Positions 1-26,222 of a stretch of DNA of 64,000 bases are shown piece by piece (within the stretch, counting starts at the first letter, position 1; every line of letters begins with the position of its first letter). Origin of the DNA: the human T2T-CHM13v2.0 reference genome, Homo sapiens; assembly GCF_009914755.1 (NCBI RefSeq), contig NC_060943.1. One strand, written 5' to 3'. The position numbers were made by a program, and so were the translations under genes. The notes under the pieces are model-generated. The model was not told the origin of the DNA. It searched no databases and saw only the letters and a list, made by a program, of their open reading frames with translations.

Positions 1-5810
<5,810 letters not shown>

Positions 5811-6736
5811 TTTTGAGACGGAGTCTCGCTCCAGGCTGGAGTGCAGTGGTGCAATCTTGGCTCACTGCAACCTCTGCCTCCTGGGTTCAAGTGATTCTCC
5901 TGCCTCAGCCTTCTGAGTAGCTGAGATTACAGGCGCCCTCCACCATGCCCGGCTAATTTTTGTATTTTTTGTAAAGACAAGGTTTCGCCATGTTGGCCGA
6001 GCTGGTCTTGAACTCCTGACCTCAAGTGATCTGCCCACCTCAGCCTTCCAAAGTGCTGGGATTACAGGCATGAACCACTGTGCCTGGTCTGGAATTCTTT
6101 TAAACAGCCCTTTTTCTGGATGCTAAAAATTGACCTACAAAAGTAACTCTGTAACCAACCCAAATACATCTGGGGCCCCGGTGTGCTGCCCCTGACTGAC
6201 AAAGTGAAGGCTTTGAATGTGGCTCTTTCTGCATCCTAGCGGCTCAGTCCAGGCCCTGGAGGGGCATCTGTCACCTGGGACACTGGCAGCATCCCTGGCA
6301 TCCAGCCATGACCATCCCTTCTCACGGCGGGGCTGCTCACGGTGCTGTCCCTGGGGTCCCTGGCATTAGGCTGTGATGAGGTACTGGGGACACCAGCCTC
6401 CCACTGGGTGGCTGTGGACAGAAGAGCTCAGCAGAAGCCACACTGTCTGACTTTGAGCAGCCTGTAGGTTAGCTGAGAAAACAAGGCATACATTTTCATG
6501 GTTTTGCTTTTCTCGTGGTGGCCCTAACAGTTAACATCGGTTGTTTGCCATATCGGGCTCTGGACTCACGAAATCCTGAAATGGCCCCGGAAGCATGGGC
6601 AATGCTGAGAATATTTAAGCGTCCAGAGCCCCACCAGAACCCAGGCTGGCTGCGAGACTACCACATGCGTGTTCAGCTGGAACACCACTGACCTGGGGGG
6701 GTTAATTCTGTTCCGATGTCCATTTTGTAGACCTAG

Positions 6737-7001
<265 letters not shown>

Positions 7002-7128
7002 TAATTATTTCTTCTTCTTTTTTTTTTTGCAGAGACTTAGGTGCCCAGGTTGGTCTCAAACTCTTAGCCCTTAGCCTCAAGTGATTCTCCTGCCTCAGGC
7101 TCCCACGGTGTTGGGATTACAGGTGTGA

Positions 7129-7873
<745 letters not shown>

Positions 7874-8715
7874 TGATACAACACCATTAATGCAGCCACT
7901 CTCCGTATTCTGGCTCTGTCAGTTCTACTAACGTCCCTCAGAGCCGTATCCTCCCCACCCCGATGTAGGATGAGGTTTGGAATCACGCCAGTTGCATTTA
8001 CTTGTCTGGTCTCTTTCAGTCCCTTCATTCTGGAGGGTTTCCTCAGCCTTTCTTTGTGTTTCATGACGTTGACATTTTAGAAGGGTCCAGGCCAGTTATT
8101 GTGTAGAACGTCTCTCATTTTCAGTTTGTTGGATGTTTCCTCTCAGTGAGATCCAGGCTACGCATCGCTGGTTGGAATTTCCAGAGCCTGTGTTCTTAAC
8201 CACCCTGAGGTTCTGCCTTTGAAAGGGACATTCTGGTTCCTTTCCAAAGGGCTGGTCATCATCTTGTCCTTGTTCTGGCAGGTGGTGCGTTCAGCTGGAC
8301 AACCCGCTGCATTCATAATATTGGGGTCATATAATTTCAAGAAAAGGTTAAAGAAAAATGGTCTCTTAACATGAAAAGGTCATAGAGGATCATTAGAAGG
8401 AGCAAAAGAGGAAAGGGGAGGGAGCAAAAAAGAAACTGGAATATACAAAGTTCCAAAAACGCAGATAACACAAAAGTAGCTTGTAATCCTGTCACTCCTG
8501 GGGTAGAGCAAGTATGTTAATGTTTGGGCATATTTCCTTCTGATCTTCCTTCTGATTGGCTCTTCCTCTTGCCCTCAGGCATTCAGTTTGCACAGTTGAC
8601 AGGAGAGACATATTTTGAGAGCTGAAGACTGAGATTCCAGGTGCAGTGGCTCACGCCTGTAATCCCAGCACTTTGGGAGGCTGAGGCAGGCAGATTGCTT
8701 GAGGCCAGGAGTTCA

Positions 8716-8952
<237 letters not shown>

Positions 8953-9594
8953 TCAGGGCAGGGGGGCGTCAGCCAGGGAGGTGCATTTTGGGATCTGGCA
9001 GGGGGTGGAGGAGGGGTACGTCCAGCATGCGGAATGCTCTGCCCACTGAGGGCTTGTGTCCCCAGACCTGGGATTTCTGCCTCACAGTGTGGACACCAGG
9101 GTCCTCAGGGGAGCAGAGATGGGTCCCTGCTGGAAACTTCCCTATGTCTCCAGAGCGCCTGCAAAAATCTCCAGAAATCGCCAGCCCCTCGTGAGTTTGG
9201 AGTGGAGGCTTTTAATCAAGTCCAAGGGATCAGCTCAGCCCGACACACATGCACACAGACACACGTGTGCGCGCACACACACACGGCTGAAACACCATGC
9301 TTAAGAACATTTCTCCCATGTGTTTTACTTTTTGAGCCTTAGCCCGGGGATTTGAGAATAACAGCTATTCCTGAGAGTACTTCCCGAGCACATCCTGGGA
9401 GCTCAGGTCACGCACTTCACCCGTATTAATTCGTTTAATCCTCCTGACAGTCCCTTGAAGGTGAGACTGTTACTATCAGAAATGGAAATTGAGACACAGC
9501 GAGGTGAAGTAAGTCAAGGATTCCTACAGAAAAGTGTAAAATATGCTCATTTCATCCAGCAATTATAAAGTAACACTCTCACACACAGTTATTC

Positions 9595-10260
9595 CTTTTT
9601 TTTAACAGCTTTATTGAGATATAATTCACATACCATACAGTTCACCCATGTAAATCGTTCACCACAGTTTATAGTGTGTTTGCAGAGTTATAACCATCAC
9701 CATAATCTATTATAGAACATTTTCCTCACCTCAAAAAGAAACTCTGCATCCCTTAGCCATCATCCCCACTCCTTCTCCCCCTCCCAGCCTCCAGCAACCA
9801 CAAGTCTACTTTCTGGCTCTGTGAATTTGCCTATTTTGGACATTTCGTGGAAACAGACTCTTACACGACGTGGCCTTTTGTGCCTGGCTTCTTTCACTCA
9901 GCGTGATGTTGTCAAGGTCCCTCCGTGTGTGTCAGTGTCTCATCCCTTTTCATGGCTCAGTAATACTCCATTGTATGGATAGGCCACATTTTGTTTATCC
10001 GTTCAGTTGGTGGACATTGGAGGTTTTTTTTTTCCAGTTTGCACTGTTCTGAATGATGCCGTATGAATGTTTGTGTGCAGGCTTTTGTGTGGACACTTGT
10101 TTCCATTTCTCCTGGTTTCTACATGGGAGTGGAATTGGTGGGTCACAGGGTAACTGTGTGTTAACCTACTGAGACCAGCCAGACTCTTCCACGGCAGCGG
10201 CACCCTTGTATATCGCCCAGCAATGCATGAGGGCTCTGATTTCTCTATCATTTTGATGAT
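9595..10260 (-). mobile_element. L1MB-like 3' fragment; similar fragments at about 350-800 and 16160-17150
   Basis: agctttattgagatataattcacataccata...tttgcctattttggacattt...ggaattggtgggtca motifs. Confidence 0.65.
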
Positions 10261-11410
10261 TCATCCATTGTCCTGTTGATAGGATCTGGGTTGTTTCAGT
10301 TTAGGGGTGCTATGAACATTCTAGAATGTGTTTTGCGGTCCACCTCTGCCCCGCTATGCATAAAGTTGGGATTCCATAGACAGTAGGTCCTGTTAGGTAA
10401 CAGGAAAAATGATCTGTGGGCTCCTCTCTCTCCTTGGCACGTGTGTGTGGCCCACGTTGCATGTTCTTGTAGAATCCTCCTTCCCGGGTGAGGATTGGAA
10501 GCCATGATCGCCTGCCTCTGTTGCTGGTTTTAGTCTTTAACCCTTGCTCTGTGGACTTGAGAAATGTGCTTTTCCATGGTGCCTGTGACCAAGATGTCCG
10601 CATCGTTAGTGAAGACCCTGCTATGTCCTTGACCACACTGCACGGGGATCCTGTCCACGATGGGGGGTGTCCTGTTGGGCTTGAGTGTCTAGATATGGAG
10701 ACCGTAGTTCGCGGGGGGAGTGGGGGGCCGTTTGGCATATTTGCCCTGGCATTTGGGGTTGTTTATTGGGGGTGGGAGTGCTCCTGGCATTTCCTGGGCG
10801 GGAACTACTGGTGTAGACCTACTGGATTAACTTGCTCCTGGGTCGGTGTGCGGGATAGGGGGAGGGTGCATCAGTCTTTGTGGAGCGTCTGCCTTCTCTC
10901 CGTCTCCCTGTTTTCCTGTTACCGTCTCCCCGTCCCTCTCTCTGTCTCTCTGAACTGCTCGTTCCCTCCTTGCCTTCTGTGCCGATGCCCAGTTGAACTG
11001 CCCATCCCTATAGATTGGGCGTCTCTGAGCCCGCAGTGGCTGCCTGAGCTGTAACCCACCCCGTGCCCTTTCACCTCCTCTCCCGCCTCCAGCTGACCAA
11101 TCCCTGGGGTTTCTGGTCGGCCTGTGGATGTGTCCCGGTCAGGCCTAGGTCAGGCGCCTGACAGCGTCACCTGTGGCCACTGAGAATCATCCTCCTTCAG
11201 GAGTCCCAGTCAGTCAATATTTACACAAAGCGAACAAAAAGAAACCTGGAGCTCACCACTCTTGGGGGAGCCAGGCAGGAGCTAAGATAAGTCCCATTTA
11301 TGGCCTGTCAGATAGCGATCGGCACCTGCAGTAAAGCAAGCAGGAGAGGGACTGGGGGAGGGCTTGTGACTACAGACGGCCCTGGTGACACTCGAGAAAA
11401 GGAAGGGCAT

Positions 11411-12105
<695 letters not shown>

Positions 12106-12712
12106 TGTATGTTATTAATATTATTGTTAATCTTTTCATTTATTTGTGAGCGCTGTTATATGCCCTCTGTATCTTTTGTGAGGATTAATTTAGTTAAAAG
12201 TTGATCTCATAATATATAAGTCAACACAATCAGAAATTCAAACAGGAACGTATTGACAAGCAAAGGAATGTTACTGTCTCTGCCTCGAAGATCTTGTGTC
12301 CTGCCTGGAGACACTTCACTTCCCCACTCACCTGCCACTGTCTGCTCAGTGTCAATGTATTGATTACCTGTCCAACAGAATCTATTTTATCTCTGAGGTT
12401 AGGGAATTAGTAGAAATTGATATCCTACTAATGGAATAGAACAGAGAGTCCAGAAGGAGAACCAGGCACATTAAAACATGGTATGAGGTCGATATGGCCA
12501 ATGGTCAGATTTGTGGGGAAACAAGGGACTCATAATAAATAGAGGTAGGGATCAAAAGTAAAAAGGTCATCCACAGGTGGAAGGAGATGAAATCAGATCC
12601 CTACCTCACACTGTACAGCAAAGCCAACCCCAAGATTATTGAGTACTCAAAGTCAAATATAAACTTGGAAGCTGCTTAGACTTTGGGGTAGGGACAGATT
12701 CTGAAATGAGAT

Positions 12713-13434
12713 TTAGGTTAGTGTAAAAGTAATTAGATTTTTTGCCATTAAGTGCAAAAGTAATTGCAGTTTTTGCCATTACTTTTTTTTTTTGAGACAG
12801 AGTCTCTGTCGCCCGAACTGGAGTACAGTGGCACAATATCAGCTCACTGCCACCTCCACCTCCAGGGCTCAAATGATTATCCTGCCTCAGCTTCCTGAGT
12901 AGCTGGGATTTACAGGTGCATGCCACCATGCCTGGCTAATTTTTTTGTTTGTTTGTTTGTTTGTTTTTTGAGGTGGAGTCTTGCTCTGTCACCTAGGATG
13001 GAGTGCAGTGGTGCAATCTCGGCTCACTGCAACCCTCCACCACCCAGGGTCAAGTGATTTTCCTGCCTCAGCCTTCCGAGTAGCTGGGATTACAGGCACC
13101 TGCCACCACCCCGGCTAATTTTTTGTATTTTTCATAGAGACAGGGTTTCACTATGTTGGCCAGACTAGTCTCAAACTCCCGACCTCGTGATCCTCCCGCC
13201 TTGGCCTCCCAAATTACAGGGCTGAGCCACGGCACCTGGCCAATTTTTGTATTCTTAGTAGAGACAGGATTTCACCATGTTGACTAGGCTGGTCTCGAAC
13301 TCCTGACCTCAAGTGATTCTCCCACCTTGGCTTCCCAAAGTGCTGGGATTAGAGGTGTGAGCCACTGTGCCCGGCCAGTTTTTGCCATTACTTTTAATGG
13401 CAAAAGGTGCAATGATTTTTGCACCAACCCAATA
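12713..13434. mobile_element. MADE1 (Hsmar1-derived MITE) split by nested Alus
   Basis: Left arm ttaggttagtgtaaaagtaatt..., right arm ttaatggcaaaaggtgcaatgatttttgcaccaaccc; Alu-in-Alu at 12783-13376 flanked by TSD agtttttgccattac. Confidence 0.8.
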
Positions 13435-13680
13435 TAAAAGGTGTTGCTCTGAGAGGGAGGTGTGGAGTTCTTGCCCATAGCTGCCACTTCAGTATTTCTC
13501 CTTCTCTGAGGCTCTGGGCAGCCCTCCCTGCTGTGCCCTGGATTGGGGTCATCTCTTCTCTTAATAAGGTGATCAGTAGCTTTGGGACCAGCAGAATGCA
13601 TTAGAGGGAAATGGGCTTCACTGAAGAGGGCAGTGGATGAGAGGAAGGAGCATGTGTGAGGGCTTGTGTGCACCACACAT

Positions 13681-13764
13681 CCTGACACCATCCGCCCAGC
13701 CCGCACAGCCTGACACCATCTGCCCGGTCCACCCATCTTGACACCATCTGCCTGGCCCACCCGG
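13681..13764. repeat. 28-bp tandem repeat x3 (CCTGACACCATCYGCCYRGYCCRCMCRK)
   Basis: Units start at 13681, 13709 and 13737. Confidence 0.8.
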
Positions 13765-15035
13765 CCTTCTCAAATGCTGGAGGGCTCTTGGCTCTGCTGT
13801 TCCCTTACACTCCTTGGCCAATCCATCTGCAAACCCTCTTGCTCTGCTATTATGTCCAGAATTTGACTGCGCCTTGTCCCCTCCGCTGTCACCATGTCTC
13901 CTGCCTGGACCATTACCGTCGCCCCCTCTCTGTGCTTCCGTCCTCACCTTCTGCAGTCCGTTCTCCACTCTACAGCCAGAAGGAACCTGTGAACACCCAA
14001 GTCAGGTCATGTCCCTGCCCTGTCCGGAGCCCTCCCTCAGCCCTGGGCTCACCTGGAATAAAAGCTGAAGTCCTCGCCCTCGTTGTCTGTCTGACCTCGC
14101 CTCTCCTGCATGCCTACTCATGCTCACGCCCTCATCACTGCCCGTGGTCCCTGAGGCGCCCACGTGATTCTGCCTCAGGACCATTGCATGTCCTCCTCCT
14201 TCTGCCTGGAGCCCGCTCTCCTGGGGTGGCCACATTGCTGCTCCCCTTACCTCCTGCACATCCTGTATGTACCCCAGCCCTCCCCAACCCATTCTTGGCA
14301 TCCTTGCCCTCATCTTCTCCTCGGGACGCTGTCTCTTGGTTCAGGGTCTGACTCCTGCCGGTAGAACGTGAGCTCTGGGAGAGCAGGGATGACTTCCTCA
14401 CTCCCAGCACCATCGGGAAAGCGTTTGACTTCTCTTTGTGGAGCAGTAGGGATCAGTAGGGAGCCCTAAGAAGGGGAACAGCACGATCTTAAATAAAATA
14501 GGTCGCTCTGGCCACCAAGTGGGGAACTGAGTTTAGAAGTGGGAGGTCAGTTAGAAGTCCCTGCCACCCTCCAGGCAACGAGCACGAGAGGGTTGGGCAG
14601 ACAATGCTGGTTCCAAGACCTAGAGAAGGGTGGGCTGGAGTTATTTAAGAGACAGGAGGAATGGTGGCATCTTTGAGCCAACCAGCGTTGGCTGATTCCC
14701 ACAGATGGCGCCACTCCTGGCTGTGATGTGGCTGCAAACCCACGGCTTGCCCGGGACCTGCTCTGGGACAGGAACGTTTGAACCGCACCAGGTCAGCATC
14801 TGAAGGTGTTTGCTGTAAGACCCAGGCCTGTGACTCTGCCAGCCCAAACCCCTGCCAGGTCCTGGGCAGATGTCGGCCTGCTGTCACTTCTCTGGACTCT
14901 AAGGCTTTTTTGCCTGTGTGGCATGTGAGAAAAATAGGGGAGTGATTAGGAAGGCTCATGCAGAATCCAGGTAAAAAACTATTTCAGGTATGGAAGGGTG
15001 GAGGGGAGGAAGGTCATCTGGAGTATTTTTTTTGA

Positions 15036-15245
<210 letters not shown>

Positions 15246-15732
15246 TGATCCTGCTCTCTTGGCTCCCAAAGTGCTGGGATTACAGGTGTGAGCCACTGTG
15301 CCCGGCCTGTCCAGACTCTGTATAGACATCAGCAGTCAGGCAGTGTGGCATCTTGGAAAGCAGCCAAGGCTTTGGTGTCCAAGAATCCCAGGTTCTAATC
15401 TCATTGCTTCCTCTTACTACTCGTGGCTTTTTAGCTTGTGTGCATTCGGCTGCAAGTAACAGTTGACTTGACCACTGATGGCTTAAATACTCTCTTATTT
15501 TTTTCAACAAATATTTCTAAATTTAGTTTTTGAGATGGCTAATTCACCAAGCTGAAAAAGCAAAAATTATTTTGAAAACTATGCAGTGGAACACCTCCTA
15601 TTCCTGTTCCGATCTGCCAGGTCCCTTCATAGTTAGTCATTGTGTTTAGTGTCATATACACCCTTCCTGAAGTTCTTTAGGCATTGAAAAGCATTCAGAA
15701 TATGTATCATGTCTCCTTCACCCTTTTCTTAA

Positions 15733-16317
<585 letters not shown>

Positions 16318-16677
16318 TGAGCAGCCGCTTTGAATTTCTCCCTCCCCGCAGTCCTTAGCAACCACGCATCTACTTTCGGTCTCTCTGGGTTTGCCTATTC
16401 TGGACATTTTGCATAAATGGAATCATGGAATATATGGCCTTTGTGCCTGGCTCCCTTCACTTGGTGTCATGCGTTCCAGGTTCATGCATGTTGGAGCGTG
16501 TGCCAGTGTTCCTTCCTTCTTATGGCGGAGTAATAGTCTGTGATATGGATACACCACATCTGTTTATCCGTTCATCCACGGACGGGCATTTGGGTTCTAC
16601 CTTTTGCTTCTTGCAAGTAAAGGTGCTGCGGATGTTCACAGGCCAGCCTTTGTTTTGTTTTGTTTTTTTGAAACTGA

Positions 16678-16869
<192 letters not shown>

Positions 16870-17200
16870 TAGGAGTGGAATTGCTGGGCCACGTGGCAAC
16901 TCTATGTTTAACTTTTGGAGGAACTGCCAGGCGGGTTTCCACAGCAGCTGCAACCTTTTACAGTCCTACCGACAGTGAGTGAGCATTCGTGTTCCGCCAC
17001 ACCCTCACGAACACTTGCCCTTGTCTGTCTCTTTGATTTGAGCTATCCTAATGGATGCGAAATGGTATCCTCTGGTTCTGATGTGCACTTCCCTGGTGGC
17101 TAATGATGTTGAGTATCTTGTCATGGCCATTTGTATACCTCTTTCTTTTTTGTACAGCTGCATACTATTCCCCTGTTTAGAGAAACTGTAGTTGATTTAA

Positions 17201-17515
<315 letters not shown>

Positions 17516-17765
17516 TAATCCCAGCACTTTGGGAGGCTGAGGTGGGAAGATTACTTGAGCCCAGGAATTCAAGACCAGCCTGGGCAACATAGCAAGACTC
17601 CATCTCTATGAAAAAAAAAAAAAAAATCACAAAACAACACACCTGTAAAAGCCCCTAACTGTATAATTTTGGTCGTGTCAATGGTACCTGCAGGATATGT
17701 TCCCATAAGTGAAGTAGCCAGGCAGAGGGTGAATGCGTCTTGATCTTAGTGGGTATTGTCATGTG

Positions 17766-19416
<1,651 letters not shown>

Positions 19417-19464
19417 CACAGGGGTTTTTTTTCTACATGCTAGGGGTGCTTTACTGGGTTCTAA

Positions 19465-19888
<424 letters not shown>

Positions 19889-20143
19889 TAGCCAGGATGG
19901 TCTCGATCTCCCAACCTAGTGATCTGCCTGCCTTGGCCTCCCAAAGTGCTGGGATTACAGGCGTGAGCCACTGCGCCGGGCCCATGTTCTAGATCTTTAC
20001 ACAAATGGACTCACACAGTGTGTAGACTTTTGTGCCAGGCTTCCTTTGCTCAGCATGATCCATTTAAGACCCATTTGTATTGTTGCTGTAGAAGTCCTTC
20101 ATTCCCTTTTACTGCCAAACTGTATTCTGTCGTGTGGATGTAA

Positions 20144-20423
<280 letters not shown>

Positions 20424-21300
20424 TAGCCAGGATGGTCTCGATCTCCTGACCTTGTGATCCGCCCACCTCGGCCTCCCAAAGTGCTGGGATTACAGGCATG
20501 AGCCACCATGCCCGGCTGCTGTGAAAATTTTTGTACAGGTGCTTTTGTGGACATACTTTTCACCTCCCTTGAGTAAATACCTTGGCGTGACATTGTTGGG
20601 TCATAGAGTTGGTATATATTTAACTTTACTTAATCCAGGCTTTAATTCTCTTCTGGGACAAGATGTCTAGGAGAAGGCCATTCCAGGGATGTTTGGCAGC
20701 TGAGGATTGTCAGGCCAGTAGGTCAGTGTCCCTCTTATACTCTCTCTCTCTCGTTTTTTTTTTCCCTGAGTCTGTTTTGCTAGGGAACCTCTGATTCTCT
20801 TGACCTTCCCCTCAGGAATGCATAATGGCTGCTGCGGCACCAGTCATTGTCATTATATTCATAGCAGTCTTTCAAGCAAAAAGGAGAGGGAGCAAACAGT
20901 CTTCCCAAGACAAGATTCTGCCTCTTTAGCCAAATGTGAAAACTTTCCCATATCCATTCTGAGCTGCAAGGGAGTCTGAGGAAGAAAGTTTCTGGCCAAG
21001 GAGCAGGGGTCTGCACTCACTATGGTCTGTCCTCTGTTGACCAGGATGTTGGGGCTGGAAGTGTTTGTCAGACCCTGGGCAACTTCTAAATTAGCCTTCC
21101 TGAGCCTCAGAGAAGACTCGGTGGGACCACTTGGTCAGGGGCCTGGACCTTGACCAGGAACTGGTGGCTTGTGTTTGATACAAGAACAAGAACCCCAGAA
21201 GGAAAACTAAAGAGACAGAAGCTTCTAGGCCGGGCATGGTGGCTCATGCCTGTAATCCCAACACTTTGGGAGGCTGAGGTGGGCAGATGACTTGAGGTCA

Positions 21301-21630
<330 letters not shown>

Positions 21631-22504
21631 CAAACCCGTGCGCACGTCTTGGGGAACGTTTGTTTTCCCCTTTGCTTCCCTTAGCTGCATTTTTTTCCCC
21701 TGAATTCGAAGCCTGCTTCGTTGCCTGATGACGTGTGAGTCCCTGTGTCCGGTGAACATAATCATTTCTTTTGTATTTCCGCCACCCACCCCGAATGCCT
21801 GTACTTTACCCTCTCCCAGGGTTTTTCCTGTTTCTCATAAGCCAGCATTGAGAAAAATCCAAACCCTTTTGAGATACCTGGTTTTCTTGGCAAGACTGCA
21901 GCTTTATAGCTGTATTTAGAACAGCGTCGAATGGTGAAAAGGGAAAAGAGAAGATGCATAAAACATTTCTAGTTTGTAACTACCTGTATAAAATAGGCTT
22001 TTAAGAGCCAGACATCAGTCGCTTTATGAGCAATCTAAGCTTTATGGGGCCCACTTTATTTGGTTAAACTAATTCAATGATTTTAGAGATCTAAAGGTCA
22101 CTAAAAATAAAGATGGTGTAGATTTTAATTGCTCTTCAAATTGCTCTTTCTCTGTCTTTCCCAACAGGGGTGGAGGTGGGTGAAGAATCAACATTTTTTT
22201 CCCTGTTTTCCTTTTCTAGCTTTAAAATAGACACATCATGCAAGCGGCTACATATCCAGGGCCCAGCCAGCTCTTACGGGGCTTTTTCATGCAATTGAAA
22301 ATGGTGCTTTGTCCGAGAGGGCATGACTCTGTGGTGTGTCCTTTGTATGAATTGGGAAAGGGGACTCCTTTCTCCATGTGGATGCCACCCTTCTCTGGGG
22401 CTCATAGGTGTGAGCAGAACCTGGACTGGATTTGATGCCCCACTTGCCCCTTTGTCTGGATTCCTTTGTGCAGTGAACAACCTGTGCAGCTGTACATGGT
22501 GGTG

Positions 22505-22507
<3 letters not shown>

Positions 22508-22557
<50 letters not shown>
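22508..22557. repeat. (CA)n microsatellite, about 25 units
   Basis: Direct reading. Other (CA)/(TG) runs occur near 1434, 18890, 26619 and 53617. Confidence 0.9.
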
Positions 22558-22560
<3 letters not shown>

Positions 22561-22847
22561 CTCTTCTCTTCTCTCTTTCTTTTTCTTTTTTGAGACAGGG
22601 TCTCCCTCTGTCACCCAGGCTGTGGTGCAGTGGCATGATCTTGGCTCACCACAGCCTTAGCCTCCCAGGCTCAAGCAATCCTCACACCTCAGCTTCCCAA
22701 GTAGCTGGGACCACAGGTGCACACTAGCATACCTGGCTAATTTGTAAAATTTTTTGTAGAGATGGGGTCTCACTGTGTTGCCCAGGCTACATATATATCT
22801 TCTATACTCTGTACGTATTGTATGCGTCTCTGTCTTAGAAACTTACA

Positions 22848-23325
22848 TGTACATTAGTTTCCCATTGTCGCTGTAACAAATACCACAGATGCAGGATCTT
22901 AAAACAGAAAACTATTCTCGTATAGTTCCAGAGGCCCTAAGTCCAAAATGAGGGTGTTAGCAGGGCCACTGGGGTTGTCAGAGCTGTGCTCCCTCAGGAG
23001 GCTCTAGGGAAGAGCCTAGAGCCTTCTTCGCCTGGTCCAGCCCCCGGAGCTCTAGGTGGTCCTTGGCTCGTAGCCACGTGACATTAAGCTTTGCCTCCTT
23101 CTTCACATGGCCTTCTGTTCTTCTGTGACTTCTCCTTTGCTGTTAAGAGGACATTTATCATAGGATTTTGAGCCTACCCAGATAATCCAGGACAGTCTCA
23201 TCTCAACATTGTTAATCTAATTATGTCTACAAAGACCCTTTTTTCCAAATAAGGATGGCCACATCCACAGGTTCTGGGATGTTTACATATTTTTTGTGGT
23301 GGGAGCCACCATTCAACTCACTACA
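22848..23325. mobile_element. MLT1-type (ERVL-MaLR) solo LTR
   Basis: Begins tgtacattagtttccc...gctgtaacaaataccaca and ends attcaactcactaca, typical of MaLR LTRs. Confidence 0.65.
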
Positions 23326-23751
23326 AAGGCCTTGGAAATACATCCTAAGAGCTTAACTTCTAGGCGTCATAGCATGTTAAGTCCACGTACCAGGTGAACA
23401 CATCACCTCATTTGTCTGTCTGACCAAGGTTCACGGGAATGACTCATTCGAGGCATTTCAGGACAACTAAAGGGATAGAGGACCTGGCCGGGTGAGTGGC
23501 AGAGGTGGGGAACCTGTTGTAGTACACCCCTGCTGTGGGGGGTGGAGGGAGAGATGGCCAGGCTGGCATCATCATGTAGTTCCCACGGGCTTAGGAGTCT
23601 CAGCTGGGTTCAAATCCTGGCTCTTGGGTGACCTTGGGCAAGTACCCAACCCTTTTTGGCCTCAGTCTCCTCATTTGTGTAATGGGCATGAGGATAATGG
23701 CATCTGCCTTATAGTGTTGCTGTGAGAATGAAATGATAAGATGAAGCACTT

Positions 23752-26222
<2,471 letters not shown>

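Noticed and set aside
13681-13764. Regularly spaced repeats as a CRISPR-like array
   Set aside because: Contiguous 28-bp tandem units without unique spacers, in human intronic DNA.
13788-14351. 187-aa ORF
   Set aside because: Overlaps degenerate L2-like sequence; no splice structure or recognisable domain.
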